A DNA stretch of 64,000 nt from Eledone cirrhosa (Eukaryota), in the NCBI GenBank assembly GCA_964016885.1, contig OZ024755.1, positions 35,650,001-35,714,000 on the forward strand. Reading direction: 5' to 3'. Below are positions 24,976-37,722 of this stretch, piece after piece. The position numbers and the translations under genes are program-made. How positions within the stretch are numbered: the stretch's first letter is position 1; each line of letters opens with the position of its first letter. The notes beneath the pieces are model-generated. The model had not been told where the DNA came from and did not search any database. It saw only the letters and a program-made list of their open reading frames with translations.

Positions 24976-25739
24976 GCAAATGTCATTCTAGTAATGGTGT
25001 GGACACAATGAAACACACCCAGTACACTTTGTAAAGTGATTGATGATAGGAAGGGCATCCATCTATAGAAAACTTGCCAAAGAAAGGATCAAGGGGGCTC
25101 CTCAGTTGTGTCAAAGATTTGACAACCTCCCAGGTACTGGTGTCATGATAAAACAGCCAGTGCACTGAGTAGAGTGTGGGAATGTATGTAAGCAAGATAA
25201 TCCCGTTAATGGGTTATTTGAGGCTTTAGTAGCACTGATTTAGTACTGAATTGGCTGGTGACAACTCCTCTAACCCTTGCTAGCAGGGGAAAAATAGACA
25301 TTGATGAGGATAAGACTGGGGTTTGCTTTGAGCAAAAAAAACAGAAAAATTTCAGTGTAGATAGTGCAGTGTGTTGGAGAGAGAATAAGCAGTATGTCTG
25401 ATGGTCGGACAAAGACTACAATTCATGTATGGCATAGGATAAAGATCCCATAAATCCTTGTGGAAATGTAGAGGCACCAGCATGTGGTGTGTCTAGGGCA
25501 CTTTTTAAACCTGGCAGAGCCCAACCCTCTCCAGCTCTGAACACAGCCGATATTCTCTATTGAGGGAGAATGGACCCCAGTACTGGATTGGTACTTTTTT
25601 TATTCACCTCAAACGGATGAAAGCCAAAGTTGTCCACAGAGGTATTTGAACTCACAGCGTGCAATGAGGAGGGACTGACAATTCACTGTGTGATATAAGA
25701 GACGGTAAATATAGTTAGTTTATTCAGTAAAGCATATAT

Positions 25740-26089
25740 CATTTCATCATTTCATCATCATTTCATTTTACGTCTGCTTTTTCCCTGCTTGCAAGGGTGG
25801 GACGGGAACTGATTCTGGCTTGATTTCTACAGCTGGATGCCCTTCCTAACACCAACCTCATTTACAGTGAGTGCTGGGTGCTTTTTTGCCGCGGCACCTC
25901 CACGACCACTTTGCAGTGGAATGATAGGGACCCCAGTCCCTATCATCTCATTTCTACAGCTGAGTAAACTGGAGCAATGTGAAATAAAGTGTCTTGCTCA
26001 AGGAAACAACACATCACCCGGTCTGAGAATTGAACTCACAGCCTTTCGATTGCAAGGCCAATGCTCTAACCACTAAGCCATGTGCCTCC
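25740..26089 (-). mobile_element. tRNA-derived SINE, family B
   Basis: Full-length match. Confidence 0.9.
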
Positions 26090-26240
26090 ATCTATATGTA
26101 CTAATTTAATAGTTTATGTTGTTCAGAGTCTGTTTGGCGCTATTGGTTGTTTGGTCATCCAGCATACAACGGAGACGGGGCTCTGAAACCCTGCGGGCCG
26201 TTCTGTTCATTTACTGTGTCTTAGCTTGTACTTGTAAATG

Positions 26241-26242
<2 letters not shown>

Positions 26243-26311
<69 letters not shown>

Positions 26312-26544
26312 CATATACATATATACAGATATATATATATTCATACATACATATACATATATATATATACATATACATATATATATATACATATACATAC
26401 ATATACATATATACAGATATATATATATTCATACATACATATACATATATATATATACATATACATATATATATATACATATATATATATACATATACAT
26501 ATATATATATACATATACATATATATAAACATATATATATATAC

Positions 26545-26582
<38 letters not shown>

Positions 26583-26946
26583 ATATATATATACATATAT
26601 ACATACATACATATATATATATACATATATACATACATACATATATATACATACATACATATATATACATATATACATACATACAAATATATATATACAT
26701 ACATATATATATACATACATATATATATATACATACATATATATATACATACATACATATATATCTACATACATATATATATACATACATATATATATAC
26801 ATACATATATATATATACATACATATATATATATACATACATATATATATACATACATACATATATATCTACATACATACATATATATCTACATACATAT
26901 ATATATATACATACATATATATATACATACATATATATATACATAC

Positions 26947-27009
<63 letters not shown>

Positions 27010-27016
27010 CATATAC

Positions 27017-27049
<33 letters not shown>

Positions 27050-27056
27050 CATATAC

Positions 27057-27087
<31 letters not shown>

Positions 27088-27094
27088 CATATAC

Positions 27095-27125
<31 letters not shown>

Positions 27126-27132
27126 CATATAC

Positions 27133-27163
<31 letters not shown>

Positions 27164-27194
27164 CATATACATATATATATATATACATATATAC

Positions 27195-27225
<31 letters not shown>

Positions 27226-27510
27226 CATATATATATATATACATATATATATATACATATACATATATACATATATATATACATATATATATATATACAT
27301 ATATATATATACATATATATATATACATATATATATACATATATATATATACATACATATATATATACATACATACATTTATATACATATATGTATATAT
27401 ATACATACATACATATATACATACATACATTTATATACATATATGTATATATATACATACATACATACATATATATATATAATATACATACCACACACAT
27501 ATATATACAT

Positions 27511-27541
<31 letters not shown>

Positions 27542-27575
27542 ATATGTATTCACTTATATTATATATACACATACA
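26243..27575. repeat. 1.3-kb (TA)n/(TACA)n compound microsatellite
   Basis: Seen directly; source of the spurious YI/HT-rich ORFs. Confidence 0.95.
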
Positions 27576-28143
27576 ATAGAAAGCCATGCATGTATACAAA
27601 CACAATAGCACCTGCTCCCCCGTGGCTAACTACATATATACAAAGGCTGCCGCCATTGTTCACACTTAGCTAACTTCAATGCATGACGTACCATCTATCA
27701 ACAAAATTATGAACTTTTCACTTGCGAGCAAGAAAATACATTAGTCATCTTCAAATATACTCTCTGCTTCCGGAAATTTCTGAATGATGTAGATTTAGAA
27801 AAATTAAAATAGATTAGAAATACAACCGACCCACTCCCAACAAAAAAGAAACCCGAAACAAAAAAAAAAAAAAAAAAAAAATCCCAACAACAAACAAAAC
27901 TCAAAGAAAAAACCACCGTAAGAATATACATAACAAAATATGGACAGGAAAGATACTAAGAAAGAAATGGTGTTTACAGGAATGAGACAGAATTAGGTTG
28001 GATAAGAATATTAGTGCCTACAATCAGAACCTTTTAAAATGAAATCTAGATACAAGGAGTTATAATTTAACGCTAAATCCTATACTGAACATAAAAAAAA
28101 AAGACATTTTAAATATACACTAAACACCACAAAGTTTGTATAT

Positions 28144-28572
28144 ATGTCAGCAACCGCAGAGGATATGCAATGGCTGGAGAGAAATGAGGCAAGCATGCTC
28201 CATTGGATGTGCAGTGTAAATGTGCGTGAACGACCCAGCATAAATGTGTTGAGAGAGAAACTGTGTCTGAGAGGGATAGAATGTAGTGTACGGGAGAGGA
28301 GACTGAGGTGGTATGGACATGTGATGCGCATGGAGGATGACCGATGGGTGAAGAAGTGCCAGGAAATGCCAGTTGAAGGAAGACGTGGTAGAGGTAGACC
28401 ACGAAAAACATGGGCGGAGGTGGTGAGAACAGACCTCAGATCATTGAAGCTCACGGTGGAGATGACGAGGGACCGTGACGAGTGGAGAGATGCTGTGCTG
28501 AATAAGACCCGTCACATCCTTGCAAGCAGGGAAAAGCGGACGTAAAATGATGATGATGATGATGATGATGAT
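28144..28572 (+). mobile_element. 5'-truncated RTE LINE, open 3' ORF end plus (GAT)n tail
   Basis: LERNEASMLHWMC..RRLRWYGHVMRMED..GRRGRGRPRKTW..RDRDEWR. Confidence 0.9.
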
Positions 28573-28858
28573 GTCACTGTGATATATGTGAACTTGAATA
28601 CATGTCATACACACAGACAGACTTATACAAACATCTATGTGTGAGATCAATGAAAATAAACAATGATTACTATTTTATTTTCCAATAATCACCATCATCA
28701 TTTTCTCCACGACCCCAGAGAGATATAAATGTAAATATATCAAATATGACACACTCACATTTACATATATATCAAATTACATGTCTGTCCATACAGATAC
28801 AAACATCTACATATACATATATCTACATGTCTTTACACATACACACACACATATATAT

Positions 28859-29043
28859 ATAGGAACGAGTAGGACCCTGACGGCTGAGCTCAAGCCGTTT
28901 CGACGGCTAATTCTGGACGTCCAGAATTAGCCGTCGAAACGGCTTGAGCTCAGCCGTCAGGGTCCTACTCGTTGCTATTACCCACTCTACTACCCTAAGT
29001 ATTGAGTACTTTGGTGCGTTATGGTCCATCTGGTTCCTTACCA
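28859..29043. mobile_element. Short (TA)n-embedded element with a perfect 110-bp terminal palindrome
   Basis: 28864-28973 is self-complementary with no spacer (centre ggac|gtcc); relatives at 45935-46126 and ~63013-63095. Confidence 0.7.
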
Positions 29044-29680
29044 TATATATATATATATATATGTATATATATCTTCTAGCACGGGTAAAATTCCCGAGAT
29101 CCATGGACGAGTTCTCATCTGTCCCTCATCATCGCTGCCATGTCCTGCGTCTCCAAACAGACCAGTGTCTACCCTTAGGGCATCAACATACGTTATATAT
29201 ATATATCACCATTATTTAACGTCCATCTTCCACGCTAGCATGGGTTAGACAGGATTGTCCCACTTGAGGCAAGATTGGTTGAGTGACTGTGTCTCGCTCG
29301 TATAGAACTGTATTTATGTATATGTATATATTTATATATGTATATATGTATATATATATATATATATATATAAATATAAATATATATATACATAAATCGT
29401 GTAGGTGTCACAAGAAAAACACACACAGTCCACGCTGTAATGTGGCCGTGTAGGCAACACGGTAAAAACCTCCCAGCCCCACACTGTAAATGTGGTTGGT
29501 GTTAGGAAGGGCATCCAGCCGTAGAAAACCCGCCAGACAGTCCTATGCGAGCAATGACAACCACTCTTGCCTCAAGTGGGAAAACTCCCGTCCAAACCCA
29601 TGCAAGCGTGGAACATGGACGTTAAACGATGATGATGATGATGATGATGATGATAAATATACATATACACACATATATGT

Positions 29681-29727
<47 letters not shown>

Positions 29728-30179
29728 CATAGACACATATATATGTAAGTAGATATACATATGAAGCTAGTGTTACTGTTTGAATATGATGAGTAAGAAA
29801 GAAACTTCAATCAAACCGAGACAATCCTTACAATTTCAAGGTCAAACCCCTCTTTAAGGATATTCCTTTGATAAAAAGCCACTAAGGTTGAAAACCCCTT
29901 TACTGATCCAAGACTTGACTGATCCAAGACTTTTGGAACAATCTAAGACAATATAGTGGGATGGACCTTGTCTATAAGCCAGCTTTGTTACAGCTGATAT
30001 ATTATGATCTTAGATCTTTTCAGTAAAATATATTCACATATTACATTTGTCTAGAATGGTCAATAGATATAGGAAAGAAATAATGTACTGATTCATCATC
30101 ATCATTAACATCAACATCACCACCATCATCATCTCTATCATCATTATCAGCATCTCACCCATTCTGACATCTACTACAC

Positions 30180-31048
30180 TTCTGCTAAAATAAAGACCAC
30201 TTTCTCTCCATTCTGCTAAAATAAAGGCCACTTTCTCTCCATTCTGCTAAAATAAAGGCCACTTTTTCTCCATTCTGCTAAAATAAAGGCCACTTTCTCT
30301 CCATTCTGCTAAAATAAAGACCACTTTCTCTCCATTCTGTTAAAATAAAGGCCACTTTCTCTCCATTCTGCTAAAATAAAGACCACTTTTTCTCCATTCT
30401 GCTAAAATAAAGACCACTTTTTCTCCATTCTGTTAAAATAAAGACCACTTTCTCTCCATTCTGTTAAAATAAAGGCCACTTTCTCTCCATTCTGCTAAAA
30501 TAAAGGCCACTTTCTCTCCATTCTGCTAAAATAAAGGCCACTTTCTCTCCATTCTGCTAAAATAAAGGCCACTTTCTCTCCATTCTGCTAAAATAAAGAC
30601 CACTTTTTCTCCATTCTGTTAAAATAAAGACCACTTTCTCTCCATTCTGTTAAAATAAAGGCCACTTTCTCTCCATTCTGCTAAAATAAAGACCACTTTC
30701 TCTCCATTCTGCTAAAATAAAGACCACTTTTTCTCCATTCTGTTAAAATAAAGACCACTTTCTCTCCATTCTGTTAAAATAAAGACCACTTTCTCTCCAT
30801 TCTGCTAAAATAAAGACCACTTTCTCTCCATTCTGTTAAAATAAAGACCACTTTCTCTCCATTCTGTTAAAATAAAGACCACTTTCTCTCCATTCTGCTA
30901 AAATAAAGACCACTTTCTCTCCATTCTGCTAAAATAAAGACCACTTTCTCTCCATTCTGCTAAAATAAAGGCCACTTTCTCTCCATTCTGCTAAAATAAA
31001 GACCACTTTCTCTCCATTCTGTTAAAATAAAGGCCACTTTCTCTCCAT
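30180..31048. repeat. 31-bp minisatellite, about 28 copies
   Basis: ttctg(c/t)taaaataaag(a/g)ccactttctctcca. Confidence 0.95.
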
Positions 31049-31736
31049 TTTCACATTTATTATAGCCTATTATAGTCACAGTTGAGACACTGAAGTACAT
31101 AGAAGTACTAAGTCTATATTTCAAGTGAACACAATCTAATATATCTATGCTATCAGATTGCCTAAACACAATATGTATTCAGTATTTCATTATAACACAT
31201 TGACAAATGAAAAAGACTAAGTTGACTTTGGTGAAATTGAACACTGAAGCATATGTAGCAAAGTTAATATTACTAAGTATATCAATTCAGCCTCTTGGCT
31301 AATAACAGTCAATAAATATCAATAGATCTTTTTTCTAGTTTGCATCAACCTCCTTCATGATCAAAACTATTTTCTCTCTTTACTGCTTTTATATAAGTTT
31401 CATTATTACTCTTCCCCCTCCCGAGTGAATGGGCCTACTCTGAGTATGTATCTGTAAATTAAAGGTGGAAAACTGGGAGAGGGCACTTGCCTTGGTGGTC
31501 AGGGTCACTGTGGCCTTTTACTGGGCTTTCTCCACAAATGTCCCTCCAAAGTCTCCCCCCTATTGGGGAATTTTTCATTGTTATTTTTTGTTACATCCTC
31601 TGTTTTTGTTTTTTACACGCAGAAATGCCCATTTGTACCGTCCTGTACTGTCCTTAATGTCTACTTTATGTAAACCCTTGTGGTTAATAAAGAAAGCATT
31701 ATTACTCCTCCCCCTATTATTATTATTATTATTAAT

Positions 31737-32165
31737 GGCAGTGGATTGGCAGTAGCAGTAGAGAGTCAGATACCATGCTTTTCAGCATAGAGTTACGGCC
31801 CTTTACAGTCTGAGTTCAAATCCCGCCGAGGTTAACTTTGCCTTTCATCCTTCTGGGGTCGATGAAATAAAGCACCAGTAATGCACTGGGGTCGATTTAA
31901 TCGACTTTTCCCCCCTCCCCTTTAAATTACTGGCCTTGTGCCTAAAGTAGAAATCATTATTATTATTATTATTAATGGCAGTGGATTGGCAGTATTGGTA
32001 GAGGCTCAGACACCATGCTTTGCAGCATAGGGTTACATCCCTTTATGATCCGAGTTCAAATCCCACCGAGGTTAACTTTGCCTTTCATCCTTACGGGGTC
32101 AATAAAATAAAGTACCAGTAATACACTGGGATAATTGCTGGCCTTGTGCCAAAAGTAGAACCAAT
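31737..32165 (+). mobile_element. Two tandem family A SINEs in (ATT)n
   Basis: Heads at ~31737 and ~31977. Confidence 0.85.
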
Positions 32166-32229
32166 TATTATTACTATTATTATTAGAGTTACAGTCGTTG
32201 ATGTTATTTAACTGAAACGTTTGTTGAAA

Positions 32230-32482
32230 TGAACATCAAGTCGCTACCTGCAGCCTCAGATATTCAGGACGTATCGGAGGGTTCTTGCTGTTCCCAGCAA
32301 GCATGTCTTTTGAAGTGTTCCAAACAAAGGGGCTGGACTAATGTTCTTTAACCATCCTTGAAAACTCTTTGAGATAGTACCTAGTGTTACTATGACAATC
32401 GGGACGACCTTGATCTCGGGACGACCTTGATCTCGTGACAGTCCCAAATACTTTTTAACTCCTACTTTAACTCCTGGTATCG
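32230..32482 (-). mobile_element. R4/Dong-like LINE 3' end
   Basis: KVVPIVIVTLGTISKS..LQKTCLLGTARTLRYVLNI*; flanked by (TAA)n-like tracts, the known Dong target. Confidence 0.7.
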
Positions 32483-32523
32483 GTTAGGGTTAGGTATTAT
32501 TATTATAAGGGGGGGGGGGACAA

Positions 32524-32885
32524 GGGGTGGATTGGCAGTATCGGTAGAGGGTCGGACGCCATGCTTTCCAGCATAGTTACGTCCCTTTACGATCTGAGTT
32601 CAAATCCCGCCGAGGTTGACTTTGCCTTTCTTCCTTACGGGGTCGATAAAATAAAGTACCAGTAATGCACTGGGTAATTGCTGGCCTTGTGCCTAAAGTA
32701 GAAACAATTATTATAAGGGCGGTGAATTGGCAGTATCGGTAGAGGGTCGGACGCCATGCTTTCTAGCATTATTACGTCCCTTTACGATCCGAGTTCAAAT
32801 CCCACCGAGGTTAACTTTGCTTTTCATCCTTACGGGGTCGATAAAATAAAGTACCAGTAATGTACTGGGGTCAATTTAATCGACA
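32524..32885 (+). mobile_element. Two tandem family A SINEs
   Basis: Heads at ~32524 and ~32717. Confidence 0.85.
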
Positions 32886-32938
32886 CACTCTTGCCTGCAG
32901 ATATGTATGTAAGTATGTATGTATATATATATATATAT

Positions 32939-32996
32939 GGTAACATGTATCCCAGTACAACCTATCTCATGGTCGGGTCGTTGGCGACTAAACTGG
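32939..32996 (+). ncRNA. HDV-like ribozyme fold (partly degenerate)
   Basis: P2 ccagt 32952-32956 / actgg 32992-32996; P1 ..aacatg / catggtc (imperfect); CC in L3 opposite GG 32975-32976; P4 tcg-ttgg-cga; J4/2 CTAA 32988-32991. Confidence 0.5.
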
Positions 32997-33523
32997 CAAC
33001 CCCACCACGGTTTCTTGGTGAGGAGAGTGACTTTGGACATCCTGCAGGACTAAAAACAAAACCTGTCAAAGGGCAAAGGAGCTCTTAAGAGTCAATGGCC
33101 ATCCAAAATCACTGGGAGAGATGACCCCTTAGCCTTTGTCAAGGCAGAATTCTAGGAGAAGGAAAACTCTGATATAACACCTGCAACCCTGATGGTATCC
33201 AATGATGTTGACTTGTTCTTCTTTTTGGTAAATATCATCTTGGTTAAGAGAGTGGGACTGGCTTTGTGCAGTGCCTTTGTTCACTATAAAAGCTTCATGG
33301 CACAGACATTGCTTTATATCTGGAGATCTCTCTGCACTTGTCGTCATATGGTACCATGGGCCCAGCACTATGTGTCAATAATTGTCACAAGTGTAATGTT
33401 TGTACCAGAGTTTTCAAGTCGCTGGCAGGACTAAAAAGTCACATTTGTTCAGCGCATCGGTAGGGGTTCTCCTACATGGATATAAAGTAGTGGTCGTACT
33501 CAAAAACGAGTTGGCAGCCACCA
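32939..33523 (+). mobile_element. Bipartite RTE-derived element (5' UTR fused to the ORF/3' end), inserted in (TA)n
   Basis: 5' UTR-type motifs tggcaacccc and ggagaaggaaaactctga; C-terminal zinc finger HKCNVCTRVFKSLAGLKSHICSAHR* at 33386-33463; TA repeats on both sides. Confidence 0.65.
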
Positions 33524-34129
33524 TATATATATAAATATTTTAACAGAATGGAGAGAAACAGCAAGTGAGTTTTGAAAATAGAAATAGAAGCTTTCCCCTT
33601 ATTTTTTACTAAAGAAATTTTAGCCTGATAGTGGGGTTTTAGAACCTGCTAAGGAATGGAAAAAGGTGAGTATTGACGTATATATAAACCCACAGAGTAA
33701 ATATTTATTATTAGTACAGATTAAAGTTGAAACAAAGAATTTCTGCTTTCACCCTATTACGGGATTTTCTGAAACTCAGAAGATATATATATGCCCCCAC
33801 CCCCTCCCACTGCAAAGTGGTCATGGAGGTGTCACGACAAAATCGCACCCAGCCCACACTGTAAAGTGGTCATGTATGTACCACAGAAAAAAGCACCCAG
33901 CACTCACTGTAAATGAGGTTGGCGTTAGGAAGGGCATCCAGCTGTGAAATCAAGCAAGACACAACAGCACAACCCGTCTAACACCATGCTAGCGTGGGAG
34001 AATGGATGTAAAATGATGATTATGATTATGATATATATATACACCCCAATCCACTACTCCCACTCCCACCAATACCACCCTCTCTCTGTAAAGTTGGTAC
34101 CACAACATCCAGTCCGAGATAATGAGATC

Positions 34130-34380
34130 GAGATCGTGTAGGCGTCACGACAAAAAACACACAGTCCACGCTGTAATGTGGTCGTGTAGGTAACACGGTA
34201 AAAAGTTCCCAGTCCACACTGTAAATGTGGTTGGTGTTAGGAAGGGCATCCAGCCGTAGAAAACCTGCCAGATAGTCCTATATGAGCGAGACACGGTCAC
34301 CCGACCAATCTTGCCTCAAATTGGGATAACTCCCGTCTAACCCATGCTAGCGTGGATGATAGATGTTAAACAATGATGAT
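34130..34380 (+). mobile_element. SINE 3' portion with RTE-type tail variant (also ~14030-14215, 29395-29655, 36315-36905, 44105-44305)
   Basis: ggttggtgttaggaagggcatccagccgtagaaaacc..ccgtctaacccatgctagcgtgga..gttaaac(gat)n. Confidence 0.75.
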
Positions 34381-35253
34381 ATATATATATTTCAGTAGAG
34401 TTTCAACTTATGAATTCCACTTAGCCTTTCAATTCTTTAACCACTAAGGAATGACAATGCCACACACACACACACACACACATAGATTGATATTAAGAAT
34501 GAGAGATTGAAGTTTAAGTTTGGATGTGAAATGTAAGTGTGAGAGAAAAACAGAGCTTGGTCAAGTTGCAGGAGAAGCTGGGATTTTAAGGTGATACAGT
34601 AGTATATATATAATGCTGTTTGTAAGTTTCAAGAATGTACTGTTGATGTGGTTTTATGTGGGCCTGGATATTAAGAGTTAAACACTTGGCAATAAATAAA
34701 ATTGTATGGCCCTCGACATTAATAATAGCGGGGCTGTGTGTGGAATTTGTATGCATTCAGACGAGAGAAGTATGCAGAGTCGAATAATATAAACATATCC
34801 AGGAGCTAGCTTATTCTGATACAATCATCATTTGACAAACATGGGAGAAGATATATAATCAAGTATTACTATTGATCAGTCACAAGAAAGATGGCAACTA
34901 TAAAATAAATACAAGTCTTCTGTTCACCTCTCTGAGAATGACACATCATTATGGAGAGTAATGGAGCTTAAAATGAAAGTGAAAACATATACAGCTAACA
35001 GGCATTGGAGGACCATTTGCGCCATCTGCCATTTTCATCATCACTGTTGTCGCCATCAACTAAACCAACAGTAATAATTTTTAAATAAGAATCTTAGAAC
35101 TACCTGTCACAAGCCCCAACAGTGTTCTTTGCACACTTATATGTGCATACACTCACAAGGCCTAAAGGTCAGAATAATTATTTCTATTTGGAGACCACCT
35201 AGATATGCAAAACATACACTTCATGGCTGAAATATTCCCAAAATAAATTCATA

Positions 35254-35710
35254 TCTATATATATAAAACTGAGGGTGTCTGTCTGTGTGTGAGTCTGTGA
35301 GTTTGAATCCCTAAAACTCGAGAAGTACCCAACCAGCTTTTTTCAAACTTTACATGTGTATTACTTATGTTTCAGGGAGTGTTATGCACATAACTTTTTG
35401 ATAACCTAGGGCCCACATTAAGTGAAAAACTGCGTTTTTTCAGCTTTTTATGGGTTTTTTGAGGCGTTACCTGAGACCAATTTCCTTGAAATTGTAACTA
35501 TGTATTAGTCTTTCATTTCAACTTTTTTTATGGCCTAGGGCCCGCATTAGGTAAAAAGCTTCATTTTTTCAGCGTTTTAGAGCTGTTTTGAGGCGTTACG
35601 TCTAGCCGATTTTCCCGAAATTTCAAGGCATATTATGCACATAATACAAATTCATTTTCTTGATCCCCTAGGGCCTGCATTAAGTGAAAACCTGCATTTT
35701 TCCTGCTTTC
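35254..35710 (+). mobile_element. Non-autonomous Helitron-like 5' portion with three ~130-bp internal repeats
   Basis: A|TCTATATATATAAAA..gtctgtctgt 5' signature; cctagggcc recurs at ~35405, 35534 and 35667; 3' CTAG end not found. Confidence 0.5.
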
Positions 35711-36047
35711 GTATCTTTGAAATTTTCTTTGCTTCTTGCATTTAAATATTCCACGACTCTCTACCACATTTCCTTTACTACATTCTTCTCAGCCGTCTAT
35801 TTTTCACTCCCACCCTAGTACCTTCAATATGCCCAACCTCAAATCTTTTCTCCGCCAGCTCCATTCTACTCTCAAGCGCTTCCTCCAACCTCTACCCCCA
35901 TAAGACATTTTTTCTAATTCCATCCCGCCCGTCCCCTTAATCTATTTTATTTCTCAGTCTTTCTTCTGATGAAGGACAAGCGTTAACCTAATATATACCT
36001 TCCATATACTGTACCGATTGTGTTGTTATTTCTGTTTACCTTTTACA

Positions 36048-36231
36048 CACCGTTGTATTTTTGACTAAATAATTTAGCCTAATAATTTGGAATTATAAAA
36101 ACCCACAGAAATGGTAGCCAGAGATGTGGGGTTATGTCCCATGTACATCAATGCTCATTCATTTTTCCATTTCTGTGGGTTTTTATAACTCCAGTTATTA
36201 GGCTAATTTACTAGTCAAAAACACAACGGTG
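36048..36231. repeat. Imperfect inverted repeat (MITE-like), ~65-bp arms
   Basis: Arms 36048-36114 and 36167-36231. Confidence 0.7.
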
Positions 36232-36469
36232 CCACTATTTTCACTATCTAATTTCAAATTCTCTGCTGTTTGTAAACAAAAGCTGAAAAAGCTTTGTATC
36301 TTATATATATATAAATCATCATCATTGTTTAACATCCATCTTCCACGCTAGCATGGGTTAGACGGTTTTGTTCCATTTGATGCGGGAATGGTCGAGAGAC
36401 TGTGTCTCGATTGTATAGAACTGTTTCTGGCTGGTTTTCTACGGTTGGATGCCCTTCCTAACACCAACC

Positions 36470-36905
36470 ACATTTACAGTGTGGACTGGCAGCCTTTTTG
36501 CCGTGTCTCCTACACGACCACTTTACAGTGTGGACTGGAAGCCTTTTTGCCGTGTCTCCTACACGACCACTTTACAGTGTGGACTGGAAGCCTTTTTGCC
36601 CTGTCTCCTACATGACCACTTTACAGTGTGGACTGGAAGCCTTTTTGCCCTGTCTCCTACACGACCACTTTACAGTGTGGACTGGAAGCCTTTTTGCCGT
36701 GTCTCCTACACGACCACTTTACAGTGTAGACTGGAAGCCTTTTTGCTCTGTCTCCTACACGACCACTTTACAGTGTGGACTGGAAGCCTTTTTGCCCTGT
36801 CTCCTACACGACCACTTTACAGTGTGGACTGGAAGCCTTTTTGCCCTGTCTCCTACACGACCACTTTACAGTGTGGAGTGGAAGCCTTTTTGCCGTGTCT
36901 CCGAC
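36470..36905. repeat. SINE-derived ~50-bp tandem, about 8-9 copies
   Basis: tttacagtgtggactggaagcctttttgccgtgtctcctacacgaccac. Confidence 0.9.
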
Positions 36906-37332
36906 ACAACCATCTTGGTTACTAAAATAGCCTTCAATACTTTAATACATTCACAAATGCTACAATTGGAAGAATATTCAATGGACTTATCAGCTCCTGG
37001 CCTTCAAATAGTCCAGATAGCAAGATAACTGACATAATATCATCACAACCCTGCCAACCCCACTTTAAAAAACATATCTCCCCTTTCCATCATCATCAGC
37101 AACAGTTGTATTATATCTATCTATATTATATAGCACACCTCCCTGCAAACCACCTTTTAAACCCCCCCCCACACACACACTCCGCCACCACCGCCACCAC
37201 CACCAACAGATGTACTACATGTATCTATATGATATAGCACACCAGCCACCTATTAAAAAAGGCCCACCTCTCTCTCTTTCTCTTCCCCCTCTCCAATCAT
37301 CATCATCACCAACAATAACATATATCTATATA

Positions 37333-37722
37333 ATTGTTTCTACTTTTGGCACAAGGCCAGCAATTATCCCAGTCTATTACTGGTACTTTATTTTATCGAC
37401 CCCCGTAAGGATGAAAGGCAAAGTTAACCTCGGCGAGATTTGAACTCAGATCATAAAGGGAGGTAACTCTATGCTTCAAAGCATGGCGCCTGACCCTCTA
37501 CCAATACTGCCAATCCACCGCCTTTCAATACTAATAATTATTTCTACTTTTGGCACAAGGCCAGCAATTACCCCCAGTACATTACTGGTACTTTATTTTA
37601 TCGACCCCGTAAGGATGAAAGGCAAAGTTAACCTCGGCGGGATTCGAACTCAGACCGTAAAGGGCCGTAACTCAATGCTTCAAAGCATGGTGTCCGACCC
37701 TCTACCGATACTGCCAATCCAC
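37333..37722 (-). mobile_element. Two tandem family A SINEs
   Basis: Core matches at ~37333-37522 and ~37538-37722. Confidence 0.85.

Noticed and set aside
26116-27673. Long ORFs of 487 and 458 aa and similar YI/HT/CV-rich ORFs (also 50886-51875)
   Set aside because: Translations of (TA)n/(TACA)n/(CA)n microsatellites that happen to lack stop codons.
32484-32494. TTAGGGTTAGG telomere-like word at the R4/Dong fragment junction
   Set aside because: Under two units; too short to distinguish from chance.
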